A stretch of 62,937 nt of DNA, the filler included, from Octopus bimaculoides (lineage: Eukaryota): the NCBI RefSeq assembly GCF_001194135.2. It is 6 parts of 6 records of this genome, joined end to end, with 100 filler letters (N's around TTAATTAATTAA, not from the genome) between each part and the next. Parts side by side here need not be neighbours in the genome. Positions count along the whole stretch, not along the records: positions 17,888 to 40,831 come from NC_068982.1; 5 more parts are not named here. One strand, given 5' to 3'. Every line of letters begins with the position of its first letter. Position 1 is the first letter of the stretch. Shown piece by piece: positions 25,436-40,671 of the stretch. Both the position numbers and the translations under genes were made by a program. A model generated the notes under the pieces. That model worked only from the letters and a program-made list of their open reading frames with translations, was not told where the DNA came from and did no database searches.

Positions 25436-26649
25436 CATACACACATACATACGTACATATAGGAGTTTCATAAATCAAAATGCATACTCAGTGCAGACTC
25501 AGTACATTCCTACAGATATACATGGATATTTGTATGCATGTCTGTTTATATAAGTGCATATATACGTTTACATATCTGTATATATATATATGTATATAAA
25601 AGGAGACCACTAGGTGGCCTCCTTTACATATACATATACAATAATTCTTTGAGATCTCAGATATTTTTTCTGAATCTCCTTCATTCTTGCAATGTGCTTG
25701 TTCCCTGGTATTAAATTTATATTAATTAATACCAAATTGTTTACCCTACTGTTTTAATTTTATATGCATATATATATGTATACGTATAAGCATATATATG
25801 TATATTTACATATGTACATATATTTATTTATTTGCATATCTATATACAACTTAAAACATTCGTACATTAAAATTCATGGAGTTTCATTCATCCTAAATCC
25901 ACAATTGAACTGTGAAAATATTGAGCATATAATAATTGTATAAATTGATAAATATTGGGTGAAAAGACTGAACATGAGGAGAAAAGAAATTAAAGAAAAA
26001 AGAGAAGCAGAACATTCTAATACATCACTAATTCTATAAAAAAAATATACTCATCAGAAACAGCAGTAGATCACAATAACGAAGTGGGTGTCATGCATAA
26101 TATATATACAAGCGTAGGGCGCCACTAGCTATAATATTTTATCTCTGAGAAATTTCTCTTTAGGGATTTCATGTGTGTTAAATATAATGCCGTTTGGAAT
26201 TAAATGAGCAAACCGCCAGATACGCTGTTTCAACTGTCTTTAGCCTCTTTAGTGATGGATATAAGCGGTCGCATTTGGCTACGTCACAGCTGTCGTACTA
26301 ACGTAGAAATCAACAAAGAAAATTCCTTTCATTTATACGGAATTCAAATTATGTGCTTGAAACAAAAACTAGATTGTAGCAGTAATGTGTATACAATTTA
26401 TAATGGAGAGAATATTCGAAAATCATTGGGCAAGAATCAACGTTAACACTTTTTTCGCAGTAACAGAGTAACCTAATATCAATTTAGTCAGTGATAAATC
26501 TGTTCTGTATCAGTGGATGCACGGAGAAAATTTGACTTGACCCTAATTCTCATAACCTCTCAGCGAATTCCCTCTTTACAAAATAAAAGGAAAATATAAT
26601 ACATAAAATAGAGAAAAAAGAAGGAAAGACTTGTTGTTACTTAGCAAAC

Positions 26650-28930
26650 TATGAAAGGAGAAAGGAGAGATCCAAGACGAAAAAGGGAAACGTACCCAAT
26701 TAAGAAACAAGTACACTAATAATAAAACAGATGAATCATTTGAAACAAAAGAAAATATTGCAACTAAAACGTGCAGAATAATAGGCTTTGAAAAATACGA
26801 AGAATTTAATCAAATTGCAAATGATTCTACAGGGACATTAACGACATTTAAAATGCTGGGAGGTACATCAACACCAATGTATTCTGGATGGAGATTATGG
26901 AACAAAAACGATTAGTGTACTGAAATTCTACAATGAATCAAAAGAAAAGAGATAAATACATTTTACGTAATGGCACCGCAAGCACTATTCATTATTAATG
27001 GCAAAGTACTCGCCAGCACATTGTAAACTAAAACTGTTGGAAAGCACCTGGGGTTAACAAGATTTCTAAGTTCTAGTTGACTCAACCAACTAGTACCCGT
27101 GCAGTAGCATTCAAAGAGAGGATAAGCAGACAAGAAGCAACGTCTAACTGGATACTGGAGGTGAAAAACATATTAATCAACCTCCTTCAATATATCTGAG
27201 ACACACAAGATTTAGTTCTATAAAATGATTGCCAGAAAATAAACACAACATGCTGGTTAGATATTTGATGAACAGTAATATATCACCAGAACAACATGAA
27301 AATAAACGGTGCCCAAAAGGTATGTATCGATGTATATAGCAGTTATACTATATCCAAATCGAACGATTGTAGAAGACACTAAAAACAAGAAGCAAAAGCT
27401 AGCATCAAATAGAAAGCCATGTGCTAGCATTCCACACTCTCGGATAAAGGTGATGCTCTACACAATGCAGTTCTAAACCCAACGAAAATAAATCAGTCAT
27501 ACCACGACAAAATTGTTAACAATAGCGTTGCAAGCATAAGGGAAACAATTAAGACCCTTTTTTTTTTACCCATAAGAAAGGGAATATTCCAAAGTAATTT
27601 ATTATCCCTAACACTGCCTGGCTCTGATTTCATTAACAGAACTGCTGGATGACGCCATCATGGAATACAGATCCTAGAAACAAGTTATCAACAATCTCCA
27701 CCATGTGGTTGACTTGAAACTACGAGAAACATCAAGCTGGAGAATCTTTTCAAAGGTTTTCATGAATTGAGATAAAACGTAAAAATTAGTATAGAATAAG
27801 ACATATGCCAAAGCTGCTATAATAACTAGCGTTGAGGGTGACCGAGAACAGAAATTAAACAGGACTGGGAATAATATATTATACGTAGGCAGCAAAAGCC
27901 GGGAATCTGTTCAGAATTACTTATACAAATACTTATGGGTAAACGGAAACGATAAAAGTCACACCGCAGAAATAAAGAAAACAATTAAGAAAGACTACTG
28001 TAGTAGTGCGAAGAAGAGTGAGAAGTAGGAGAACTATATGCATGTTAACCATTCCATTTAGAAATTATAGTTTAGCATAAAACGAACGCTGTAATCATTT
28101 TAGTTTCAACACATGATCTCAGATAAAAAACATTTGCTACGCGATATATATTTCCGTAAAGTTTTAGTATAATAAAGTGGGTGCTAAGAGAATAGAATAA
28201 CAGCTTTTCAAAGCCATCATCTAAAAGCCTGTTACAGATAGAAGATACATATTCTAAACTGAATAAGAGTGGGTCCCATACAAACAGAAAACTACTACAA
28301 AACAGCAACAGAAGGACTCGAAAAATGTTTAGAAAGACGGAAGCGGAATGTGTCGTGTTATACGGTAAAATAAATTATATAAATAAGGAAAGCAATGGTG
28401 TAACATATTGGTAAGTAATTGCATGAATAAAAAAATTTATTCAAAAACAAAACAACTGAAGAGTTTAAAATCAAAATGGGTTTTCAAAGCATATTCAAGT
28501 AAAAACTAGGAGAAAAAGACCATAGCCAATAACTTGCAAAGACCGATTGACGGGAAAAAAGCGAGAGTGAAAGCTAACATTGATTAAAAAGCTTCGGGAT
28601 AAAAACTGAACCTGAGCGTCTGATACTAGAGTAGAGCAATTCCTGCTTCAAGCATCTACAGAGATAAAATATCTCCCCAGCAATTTCTTGGTAATTCAGT
28701 CGAGCTGTTTGCTATGTCGAATGGTTCATTCACCAAGACTTTAATCTGAACACAGACACGATATTGTATCAAACACGGTACACAACAACATCTTGAGCAC
28801 AATCATCTGGCATATGCTTATTCAATGTTACAAAGAAATCAAGGTAAGCCTTTCAGCTATAATAATCAAGTACCAGAACAACGGTTCGGGCATGAGATTA
28901 GGCATCACGATCTTCTTTGATCAAAACATT
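26650..28930 (+). mobile_element. Heavily decayed R4/Dong-like non-LTR retrotransposon
   Basis: Frameshifted RT motifs read by eye: RTIVEDTKNKKQKLA, RKPCASIPHSRI, IRKGIFQS, LISLTELLD, QVINNLHHVVDLKL; boundaries approximate. Confidence 0.55.
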
Positions 28931-28944
28931 ACTCGAGAGAATGT

Positions 28945-28991
<47 letters not shown>

Positions 28992-29274
28992 GACGGGTAA
29001 TTGAATTAAGCAAAATGTGAGGTACGATGTTAAAAACAGTTCTTTTAATAAGTGAAGCAATGTGTATGATAAAAAAAAATGAACAAAAGCTTACAAACCA
29101 TACCTTGTTCACAAGACAGAACTAAGTACAGTTTACATCCTGCACCAGGCAGTTTTAATTCAATACAACTCAAGCAGCGCAGTGTTTGCCCAGAATACAC
29201 AAACAATGTTATAGCCCTCATTACAATTACACAAACTTCGCAACACATATTCTAAACGATTCATCCTCAAAATA

Positions 29275-29485
29275 CAGGGTATCCACAAAATCTGGATACA
29301 TGAACTAGATAAAGTCATAACATAAAGAATGAAATATAAGAAATAATAATTTCTTAAAGTATGTGTTAATCCCTATGTGGGTACATGGAGTAAATAAAAT
29401 CATAATATAAACAATTAAATATAAGAAATAATAATTTCTTAAAGTATGTGTTAATCCCATGTACCCAGACTTTGTGGACACCCTG
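29275..29485. mobile_element. Tc1/mariner-type MITE
   Basis: 28-bp TIRs (29275-29302 and 29458-29485, 3 mismatches), TA on both flanks, internal 42-bp direct repeat (29332-29373 and 29417-29458). Confidence 0.85.
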
Positions 29486-31101
29486 TATAACATGAAGCCT
29501 AAATAAATAATACTCGAAACCAACATTTCACACCACTCATATACCACTCACATTCGACATGGCTGCAACCTATTAATACTACGCAAATCACATTACACAC
29601 TCTACATAATTACAACCCGGCACGGCGCTATATTAACAACGGTTACTCAACACATTAGAAGCACAAATATCACCCAGCAAAAATATAACTAACGTTGCAC
29701 ACAATAGAAGAACTATTAAAATATCATCAGGAACAACAAGCTGAACTCCACAAAAAAAAGTCAAACAGATACACTACACAAAACACTGGCCTACATACTC
29801 CAAAGCCAATTTTGTATACTTCGCAGGAACACGGTGATGGGTGCACTTGATGATGCATCAGGAACTTGCATGAAACTATTGAAAACAACAATAATAATAA
29901 TGTTCAGAATTAAAATCTATTTGCTATAGTGATATTATCTACTTCAAGAAAACATAAAATTTATAAAGATAATATACGCTGCAACATGTGACACACAATA
30001 TCACTATGATTTCCTTTGTTGCCAACTATGATACAAAATTGATGGTCATTTATAGAATGGATAGATTAAAGGAATGGGAAATAAACTGCCACGTATCAGT
30101 CACTGAAGGCAAACCCTCACGAAATATAGAATATTGATCATATGAAAAAAAGGACATCGATGATGTAGAATTGGTTTCTGATCTGAGACTATTTACAGAA
30201 ATGACTTCTCTTGGCACACGAGAGGGAATTGAACTCGACACTTGGAATAATAAAAATATCTGCACAACACGATAATTATTATGATATAGAGTACCTCGGG
30301 TGTTAATACTGCTGTTAATGACATCATATATANNNNNNNNNNNNNNNNNNNNNNNNNNNNNNNNNNNNNNNNNNTATATATATATATATCAATCACGAAA
30401 TTTGAGACTTAAGAGACCTAAGTGCCTTAATAATTCACAAGTTCTGGTCAGTAACATCATATGAAAACGTTGACCTCTGTGTTGGATATCAGGAACCATA
30501 TCAGCTTGACCATCATCTCTTAATCTTTCTCTTTATCCCTACCTGTCAATTTATCAACAATCATACGCACACACACACTCACCCGCACTCTCATAATAAT
30601 ACATACCTATGATCAGGTGAATATTAGGTCTGTAAATGTTTACAAAAATATGACGAGGTCCACTAAAATCCATCTATTTATTTTGTTTAGGGAAATAACC
30701 GAGTACAGGATTTAAGATGTGTATTCTGCAAAACGCAATCTAGGTATCCAACAATTCACTCTTAAGGACATATTCTTCATAATATATAACTGTTATTTGA
30801 AACATCTCACTTACTCTAACAAAATACATTTCACAATCATACATTATAATTATGCTATCGGGCAATGGAACTACATGTTCATTTAGTTAACAATCATGCA
30901 AAAAACTATCGACACTTTCATGTAATTTAACTTCACTATCACATAATGTACATACATTATCTGAAAATGTAATTGAATGTGGTACGATGCTGTGACTCAA
31001 TAAGTTTTCCAATATAATACAACGAACTTTCATTACCGTAATGATACATTATCTTAACGTCATTATTACGACACACTATCTTACAAAATAACTATATGCT
31101 G

Positions 31102-31180
31102 TCATCATCATCATCATCACCATCATCATCACCATCATCATCACCATCATCATCACCATCATCATCACCATCACCATCAC

Positions 31181-31225
<45 letters not shown>

Positions 31226-31260
31226 AGTCATCATCTTCATCATAATCATCATTATGATTA
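31102..31260. repeat. (CAT/CAC)n microsatellite
   Basis: Direct reading; source of the poly-Met ORF. Confidence 0.95.
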
Positions 31261-32905
31261 CCATTCACCACTCGCCACCACCAGAAGGCACCAGCAGTTC
31301 CACCAGCACCACCAGCAGCTGTATCTCCAGTAGTAGCAGCAACAGCAATACCACCACCACCACCACCACCAGCAACTACAACAACAACAAAAACAACAAG
31401 AATGAGTAGTTTACATTGACGTGGTTTGTTCTGCTTCTGTCCCTACAAACATAGGCCTTGCCTTTTGGATCTAACCAACTGCACAAGGCCATGACTAGTA
31501 ATACCTATTCTCATCCTATCGTAACCCTACAATGTATCTCCCACAACTCCTGCACTAAACAACGTTTCCAATGATATCTTGCTAAAATTGCAACCCCATC
31601 GACCTCATCATCTAACGAAATACTGCTTTCGCTCCTCCAAAGTAATATAAAACGACCTTAAAAGTCTATATAGCTTACACGTCAAATTTAATGATAAATA
31701 TAATGAAAAACATAAAGATCCAGAATGCAACCTTACTCTCTGAAGTATCGTTGGCTCAATAATTTTCAAACAAAATAATTCATTTTGTTTGACATCAAAA
31801 ATTCATTTGGGATGACACTTGACTTAAAATATTACAGCTGTAATTTCTAGAGAAAAGGGCAATTCTAAGTTTATCTATATACTTCATTACTTATGTGTGT
31901 GTATATACGCATATGTATACACGCACACATATTTGTAAGTATATAAGCACGCATATAGAAATATATGCATAAGTGTAAATCATACATAATTCATATTTGT
32001 ATACATATAGGTATACACACACATACATATGCATATATATATATATATATATATATATNNNNNNNNNNNNNNNNNNNNNNNNNNNNNNNNNNNNNNNNNN
32101 NNNNNNNNNNNNNNNNNNNNNNNNNNNNNNNNNNNNNNNNNNNNNNNNNNNNNNNNNNNNNNNNNNNNNNNNNNNNNNNNNNNNNNNNNNNNNNNNNNNN
32201 NNNNNNNNNNNNNNNNNNNNNNNNNNNNNNNNNNNNNNNNNNNNNNNNNNNNNNNNNNNNNNNNNNNNNNNNNNNNNNNNNNNNNNNNNNNNNNNNNNNN
32301 NNNNNNNNNNNNNNNNNNNNNNNNNNNNNNNNNNNNNNNNNNNNNNNNNNNNNNNNNNNNNNNNNNNNNNNNNNNNNNNNNNNNNNNNNNNNNNNNNNNN
32401 NNNNNNNNNNNNNNNNNNNNNNNNNNNNNNNNNNNNNNNNNNNNNNNNNNNNNNNNNNNNNNNNNNNNNNNNNNNNNNNNNNNNNNNNNNNNNNNNNNNN
32501 NNNNNNNNNNNNNNNNNNNNNNNNNNNNNNNNNNNNNNNNNNNNNNNNNNNNNNNNNNNNNNNNNNNNNNNNNNNNNNNNNNNNNNNNNNNNNNNNNNNN
32601 NNNNNNNNNNNNNNNNNNNNNNNNNNNNNNNNNNNNNNNNNNNNNNNNNNNNNNNNNNNNNNNNNNNNNNNNNNNNNNNNNNNNNNNNNNNNNNNNNNNN
32701 NNNNNNNNNNNNNNNNNNNNNNNNNNNNNNNNNNNNNNNNNNNNNNNNNNNNNNNNNNNNNNNNNNNNNNNNNNNNNNNNNNNNNNNNNNNNNNNNNNNN
32801 NNNNNNNNNNNNNNNNNNNNNNNNNNNNNNNNNNNNNNNNNNNNNNNNNNNNNNNNNNNNNNNNNNNNNNNNNNNNNNNNNNNNNNNNNNNNNNNNNNNN
32901 NNNNN

Positions 32906-32967
<62 letters not shown>

Positions 32968-33255
32968 ATGTACATATGAGTAAGTGTGTTCTATACGTAT
33001 TTGTGTGAGCGTGAATGTATGTGTGTATATATTATATTATGCTAGCATTTACATTTATTCTACGTGAACAATCATAAAAAATATGTAGGCACTAATAAAT
33101 GAAGAAATAATTATATAAGCACAGAAATGTTTTTTTTTGGTAATCTGTTTAGTGTATGTGTCTGTAAGCATCTCTGCGTATCTGTGTATCTGTGCATTGT
33201 TACTGTTTGCATACATGCATATTCATACTCACAATATACATACATACATAGATAC

Positions 33256-33313
<58 letters not shown>

Positions 33314-33698
33314 GTACAAGTTTCAGAATATATCCGTTTAACATATCCTCTTAACACGCTGTCGTTCATAGATCTACATTACCACTATAAATCATAGACT
33401 TGGAAGCCATAGAAGATTCGGTATGATAAAAACAAACAAACCCCCAAAAAAACAAACAAAAAAACATTCGAAATTAGTTAAGTACGAAAATATTATTCTT
33501 CGTCTATGAAATACTTCAGAATTGAACAATAAATTAGTCAATAATGTATTCAAAATGGCCTTTTTGATATGATGTAGTTTTCGTGACTAATGTGCCGAGA
33601 ACTGGTCTCAGATAGATTTCATTTGTTTCGTTTTGTTTCTGAACAAGATATTAAGATATTTATCTCTGAATTGCCATAGATGTCGACAGAGAGAGGAA

Positions 33699-33747
<49 letters not shown>

Positions 33748-34318
33748 CCACAGACAGACAGACAGAGAGGGGGAGAGAAAGAGACAGAGAAAGCCCTTAC
33801 TTAGAAGAAATATTTGCTAAATCTTATTAAATTCACACACTACGACCCTTAGAAAGGAAGGACAAATAAAATAATGTATTTCTAATATACTCTGATTAAA
33901 GAAAATAAACAAATACAAAGAGACAAATGCTTCCTACTGGAACAATCTTGATTATACATCTACTTGAAGAGAGTTTATCTTGGTTCAAATACCAACAATA
34001 ATATCGACTATATATTCAAACTATTCATCAGTGACATTTAGCAAATATTCTCGTGGTCAGAATGTATATTTTCATGAGGGTAATTTAAAGAGTTTAATTT
34101 GAAAGATGTGTATTAAGTTAGTCAATTGTACTTTCCGATTTTTATCCAACTTTTCGATATTAATTGAATTTTACGAACTCGTGAAAAGACATGAATATCG
34201 CTGCATGGTTATTCGATCGACTAAATGAAGCAGGTAAATCTCCCTCAAATCGCATGTAAATCTCTCACAAAGAACTGACAAAGTAGTTAATATAGGCTTC
34301 GTAAAAAGATGGGGTGGT

Positions 34319-34417
<99 letters not shown>

Positions 34418-34629
34418 TACCTACAAGAAATTTAAAAATGGTATTATGCAGTTTTTCATATGCTGAGGGATTTATTGCACATAAGCTTTCATAAAATCTG
34501 CATTCTATTTCTATGTTGCATGACGTTAATATTGCAACCATTTCAGTTGTGCCTCCTATCATACCACAGCCTGTGGTCTAGGATGAGACGCATTTTGTCC
34601 ATTGTTCTATGAAGTGCTATTACCTTGAG

Positions 34630-35200
34630 TCGAAAACTTCCCGGACAATTCTTGTTGAACTAAGTAAGCAAATTTTCTGCACTGCATTCAAACCCAGATT
34701 AAGACCTAATTTTTGAAGGTTTAATCACATATTTTTCCTTATCATTCCTAACTCTTCAATAACACCAAGAATATAATTTTGTCAGTGTCTTTACTCCAGT
34801 GTGACGGAATGTCATATTTGAGACTCTTTTTCTCTTTCTATTTTTCTCGATTCTGACATCCAGTTAGCATGCCACGTTAATTACATACAAAAAAAAAAAA
34901 AAAAAAAAATTAATGCAGTTTCCGTCATTCAAAGTTTTTGACTGTTTTCCCTCATTTTCCTCTATTTTTTTTTTACGGAATTCTATAAACTCTGTAAATA
35001 GTCATTATCTATCTCTTCATTAAGTGGGAAGTTCTTTTTTTTTCTACTACATAGAATCCTTGACATATTTTCTCTAGTTTTGCTACATTGTTCTTTTTCA
35101 GTATAAACAATCCCATATAAACGTAATTGCAGGCCCTGATGCTTAGTGAGCTGCTGTATGTCTTCCTTTCAATAACTTTAACTCATATTTTTTTCTCCTC
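34630..35200 (-). mobile_element. Older R4/Dong-like 3' fragment (REL endonuclease region)
   Basis: VINVAC*LDVRIEK..., EELGMIRK, AVQKICLLSSTRIVREVFDSR*. Confidence 0.55.
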
Positions 35201-35313
35201 GTTTATACCTGTCATTCCTACATTCAAATTTGGATTTTAAAATATTCCTCATTTAAAAAAAAATATTTTTTCAATGAAGACATGCTTCATTTCTGTACTT
35301 CCGATTTTCCACG

Positions 35314-38300
35314 ATTATTATTATTGTTATTGCTTTTGCACAGCTTAAAACGCTGGAGATGTACTACAGTGTCAGCTGTTCACTACCAGTGCACTAAGGT
35401 AACACCTCTTATTTTTCGAACACCTTCCGGAGTATTCGAGCGGTTCCAAGCAGTACTGTTTTCAGCAAGTGTTCCAAACTTATTACAGCCCCTATTTGTT
35501 CCACGTACTTTTCGAGAATTTTCCACACTGTTTCAGAGCTCCGAAAACTATTAGTACTACTGCTACTTTATTCATCGACAACAACTGCTTAACTTCCCAA
35601 GCTAACCTTTGCAAAGTGTCCAATGGACAAGATTGGCGATATTGTCGAAGTGTCTCTTATATTCCTTCTGGGCTAGTGGCGTACATTGGCTGGTAATATG
35701 CCATACAGCTTCACCGCTTTGTTCACAGATTCTGCACTTATCACTTTTTGATGTGTTGTCTATTCTGTATTTTATGTAGTGTGTTCTTAGTGCTTGCTCT
35801 TGGGCAGTACAGATTAGAGCCTCCGTTTCCGGTTTTAAATCACTTTTAGTCATCTACAGCCATCTTTTTTCTCTGTCTGTCTTATCTTCAACATCCCTAT
35901 GAAATTGACCATGCATTCTTTTCTTTACCTACCTATTTTCATTTTCATTCGTTTTCAATTTCTTGTATGCTGCTTTAACTTTGCAATCTTTCATCCTACA
36001 TAAGCCTGGCCGTCTTAATTCTAATAATAGCGGTTCTGTGGCATTTTTACATACCATTCTATGTTGTTTTCGTCTGCTCTAATGCTGTGTTCGCATCCAA
36101 TAAGTCCTCTGCTCCTTCTTTTTCTTCGTACATACAGTCTGTCTGTATCACGTTTTGTGTGGAGTGTCCCATATCTAGTTAGCTACTTCCTTGTTTTTCT
36201 GTCTAAGCTGTTTAGTTCGTCTACTGTCCATGCGATTACCCATACTCCATATCTAAGGAGTGAAACCGCCCAAGTGTTGATAGCTTCAATCTTATTCCGT
36301 CCGTTTAATTTCGGCGTAAGGATCAGTCTCAGTCTGCGCAAGTACGCCACCTTAAATTTTTCTATCATTTCTTTCTCCATCAATTTATCCATTTCCAAAA
36401 TCCCCAAGTACTTATACCCTGTTTCTTCTGTCTGCTTCATAACCTCCCCCGACGGTATCGTTCGTCTGTCCATACATTTGATTTTGCCTCTCTTCAAGAC
36501 TAACACACCACACTTTCTTAGTCTGAACTCCATTCTGATTTCAGCACTGAAGGTATACACCGTATCAACACGGGAACTGACTTGGGCTTCATCTTTACCA
36601 TAACGTTTGAGGTCATTCATGAATAACAAATGGTTGACTTTTTGTTGGCGGCTTTTGAATACATACCCAGCTTTTGCATTCCTCAGAATCAGTGTTAGTG
36701 GTATCAAGCACAGTACAGAGATCAGTGGGGACAGGCAGTCCCTTTGGAAGATGCCTGTCCCTAAACTTCCGTATGCTGTCAGGTCTGTTCTCCAATTCTC
36801 CATACTTATTCCAACTAATCGCTCAACATTCGATGCAATACAAAATAAGTTCATGCACTCCATTATCTAAGAATGTGGGATCATATCGTACGCCTTACGA
36901 TAGTCGAGCCATGACATGGCTAAGTTACTTTTCCTCCTCTTGCAGTCTCTAAGTACAGTTTTGTCTATCAGGAATTGATCTTTGGTACCTCTTCACTTAT
37001 GCTTGCAACTCTTCTGCTCATGGGGCAGGACTCCATTTGTTCCAGATGTTCGTACAATGACTCGAGTATTCCAGTCAATAATCTCCACATAAGTGGCAAA
37101 CAGGGTATCGGCCTGTAATTGTCTACCGCACTGCCTTTCTCGATGTTTTTCAAGCACAACACTGTCCTACCCAATGTCGGCCACTCTGGTGTTACTTGGT
37201 CGGCATTTAACAAGGTGTTGAGTTGCGCAGGTATTCGTGCATGACATTCACCAAATCTTTTGATCCAGTAGCCTTGAGCCCCATCGCGTTCCAGGGCCTT
37301 CCAGTTGCTCAGTTTTTGGCTGATTTCCTTCACTTCCTTAACTGAAATGAATAGTTCTGCCTGTTTTGGACAGGCTACTGTTTGTTTCAGTTCTTGCAAC
37401 CATTCAGCGTCCTTCTTGTGCTCCGTGTCTTTGTTCCAGATGTCACTCCAAAACATTTGACTTTCAATGTTATCTGCTATGAACTTTTCATCTGTCCATT
37501 TATTTCTTTATTTCAATATAGAATCTCTTCTGATCTACTCTGAATAACCTATTCTGGTGGTAACCCTTCATTCTTTGGTCATATCTTACCATCTTTGCTT
37601 TCTTTGCAACAAGGCGCTGTTTCAGTTCCTCCATCACCCCTATCAGGCCCTTTCTTTCAATATCATACTTTCTTTTCAGCGTTCTGTATTTTTGTTCGCT
37701 TTAAAGTTCTCTTTTCGGTCTAACACGGAAATTTATTTCGAGAACACGTCTAACCCTGCCTGGATTCTTCTTTTCCACCATGGATCTTTTCTTTTGTCAC
37801 TCCCATTTTGTTTCTTTTCCTTGACATCAACACCCACATTTTCTGCTACAACAATACTTGCTGCCTTGAAAAATTATTTGTTCCTGTAATGTTGTTTGTT
37901 TTGATGTATTTCAGAATTTCAATGACGTTTTTCGTTTCTTGGTTCAATTTCCATCGATCAACCTTTTTAAGGTTGCAAATGATGTCGCTATCGTTCTCCT
38001 GTAGTCATACCTTTATTCTGTCGTAGATTGCCTTTTGTTCATGTCATGTCGCTATTAGTTTTACTGTCTTCTTTTAGATCATCTATATGTTTCACATCAA
38101 GTAAACTACCACTGTTCCTTTCCTGTTCTATGAGATTACTCTTATTAGTAAGAACTGTATTTTCATCGTTATCTCTACTGCTAGTTTCCATGACCCGTCT
38201 TTTGATAGCTTCGAGCTCTACTTCTGTGAACCATTTTTTTTTATTGCTCTAGCTTGATCACATAGTCTTTGTTCCGTGAGTTGAAACAATCCCTTTTCTC

Positions 38301-38680
38301 TCCAATGATCATACATACGTTGTTGGTAACCCCTAATTTGAGCACCATTTTCATCTACCGGGCTGATCAGGTAGTAACACTCCATGACCACAGCATTAAT
38401 TTGCTTGCTCCATCTACGCCATGTGTGGTAGTACCGTTCTGGAGATCGACAGGCTGGAGCTGGACCAGAATCTCTGAGCCTACCGGGTGTAACGCTATCA
38501 CCATCATTGGCTTCAGTTTCATTACCACCGTTATTCACAATACTTTGTTTTCCCATTGCCACTTATATGAGGTAGCGATTATCAGGTTGCGCATTTACCA
38601 GTGTTTTTATTGTGACACCATCACTAGATGTATTATTAATCAGCCCATGAGGAGGAGGCTCCACCCGTTTCCTTTCATTA
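35314..38680 (-). pseudogene. Near-full-length decayed R4/Dong-clade non-LTR retrotransposon
   Basis: N-terminal RRWSKQINAVVMECYY..RGYQQRMYDHW..TEQRLCDQAR; RT YDMIPHS, GIFQRDCLSP, NHLLFMNDLK; CCHC CRICEQSGEAVWHITSQC; end KTVLLGTARILRKVFEK* (stop 35409-35411); degenerate TAA repeats at both ends. Confidence 0.9.
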
Positions 38681-39129
38681 CTATTATTATTATCATTATC
38701 ATCACTGATATCACTGATATCATTTTTATGTGTAATAGCAGCAGTGGTTGCAGCAACAGCAACAGTAGCAGGGGTGAGGGTAGTGGTAAGGGTAGTAGTT
38801 GACCCTGATATTCCCGTGCTATCATAATAGTAGTAGTTGTAGTTTTATTGTGGTATTAGTAGTATTTAGTATTAGCAGCTGCAGCATAGTATTATTATTA
38901 TTTTTATCATCATCACCATCACAACCACTACCATTGTTGATGGAGGAAATAGTTGGGTAGCAGTTTGGTGAATAGATCATATATTCTACAGGTCTATAAA
39001 TAGATTCAGCAGATGGTAGGGAGGTCAGCCATAGAGACAAAATAATTTTCGCACCCTTTGGGTCAGCAGAGGTCATATGTGCTTACTACTATTAGTGGCC
39101 TCTAACAGCGCTGCATTGAAAAGAAGCAA

Positions 39130-39166
<37 letters not shown>

Positions 39167-39339
39167 GCACATACATATACGCACACATATTATTATTATG
39201 TTGTTTTTTTTCTTCTTTCTTCAAATTTTCTTCCATTTCTTACCGAGTGTTTTCCGTACACCTAGGGCAGAGAAACTCATTGTATGCATTCCCAGTTTAC
39301 ACATGCAAATTCACAGGTAAAATATGTATTTAAAAAAAT

Positions 39340-39530
39340 AAATAAATAAATTCATGAATGGATGTTGTTTTCACAGCGATAATGCTCTTCTCAGTACATG
39401 AGACGTTCTAGTTAACACGATTTTCTGCACTTCCTGTAGGGATGGTAAGCCTGGTATCATATTCAAATAGGTTTCAGTACCTTTTTTTATCATTCCTAGA
39501 GATCCTACAACCACTGGTACGGTATTCACC

Positions 39531-39531
<1 letters not shown>
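39340..39531 (-). mobile_element. 5'-truncated R4/Dong C-terminal fragment abutting (TAA)n
   Basis: VPVVVGSLGMIKK...QEVQKIVLTRTSHVLRRALSL*, directly preceded on the sense strand by the (AAT)n run 39531-39610. Confidence 0.8.
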
Positions 39532-39610
<79 letters not shown>

Positions 39611-39797
39611 TCGGATTATTACTATTGTTTCAGAAATGGTGAGTTGTCGGAGCAAATACGTTGCTAGTTTTTTAAGTACATTCTGCATTCAGAACTTGTA
39701 GTAGGAGAATTTGTCGTTGATTTCTCCAAGGCTGATCAAAGAAGTATCAGTAAATCCTCAACGTACTCCGCCTCCACAACCTCTCCTCCTCCTCCGC

Positions 39798-39851
<54 letters not shown>

Positions 39852-40624
39852 GTCATGGTCGTTAGCATAATCATCATCGCAGTAGTCACTTATGTATACC
39901 ATTTCCCTCTACAGTAACAAGAACTCCACATACATCTTAAAAAAATAATTCATTCATCAACGGAAATTAACACATTTTGTTTTGATGTGTTTTTGGCGTA
40001 GTTACTGTTGTTGATTTTAACGTAGATTCTCGTCTTGTTGTTTACTTAATCGATACTTGTTCAATCTATTTATTGTGTTGTTGATATTGTTGTCGTTGCT
40101 GTTGTCTTTGTTGTTGTGGTTGTTGTTGTTATCGATATTGTTGTTCATTAAGTATTTCTGATTGCGTTTAGTTCTTGTCAGTGTTATTGATTCCAATCTT
40201 ATTGTTAATTATGGTTTCATTTTGTTAAGGATGTTCATGTTACTGATTGTTATTGTTACTGTTGATGATGATGTTGTTGCTGCTGTTTTGTTGTTGTTGA
40301 TGATGCAGTTGATGGCGATAGCGTTGGGTAGTGAATATATTTCGTATGTATATTGTTGTTGTAACATTGCTTGATAACATTTTTCGTTGTTATTATTGTT
40401 GTTGTTGCAATTTTAGTTGTCCAAAGAAATAGGCGATACGGACCAATTAATATTTAATTTTCTCCCATAGCGGGAACATTCTGCCTTTAGAAAATTCCAG
40501 GTAATTAAATAAGAAATAATTGCGTTGAAAAATGCAATTAGGTATTTGATTACACTTAGGAAAACCAAACATTTTGTTCAATCAAACGCATACACCCACA
40601 GTCTCTCTCTTTCTCTCACACACT

Positions 40625-40671
<47 letters not shown>

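Noticed and set aside
31891-33008. Long ORFs in the track here and at 3.5, 14.7, 22.7, 24.5, 45.4 and 59.1 kb
   Set aside because: They read through N gaps and dinucleotide repeats (YI/CV/HT runs).
40471-40500. 30-nt plus-strand microexon candidate (REHSAFRKFQ)
   Set aside because: Good AG/GT context but no partner exons, and it is separated from the receptor by a linker gap.
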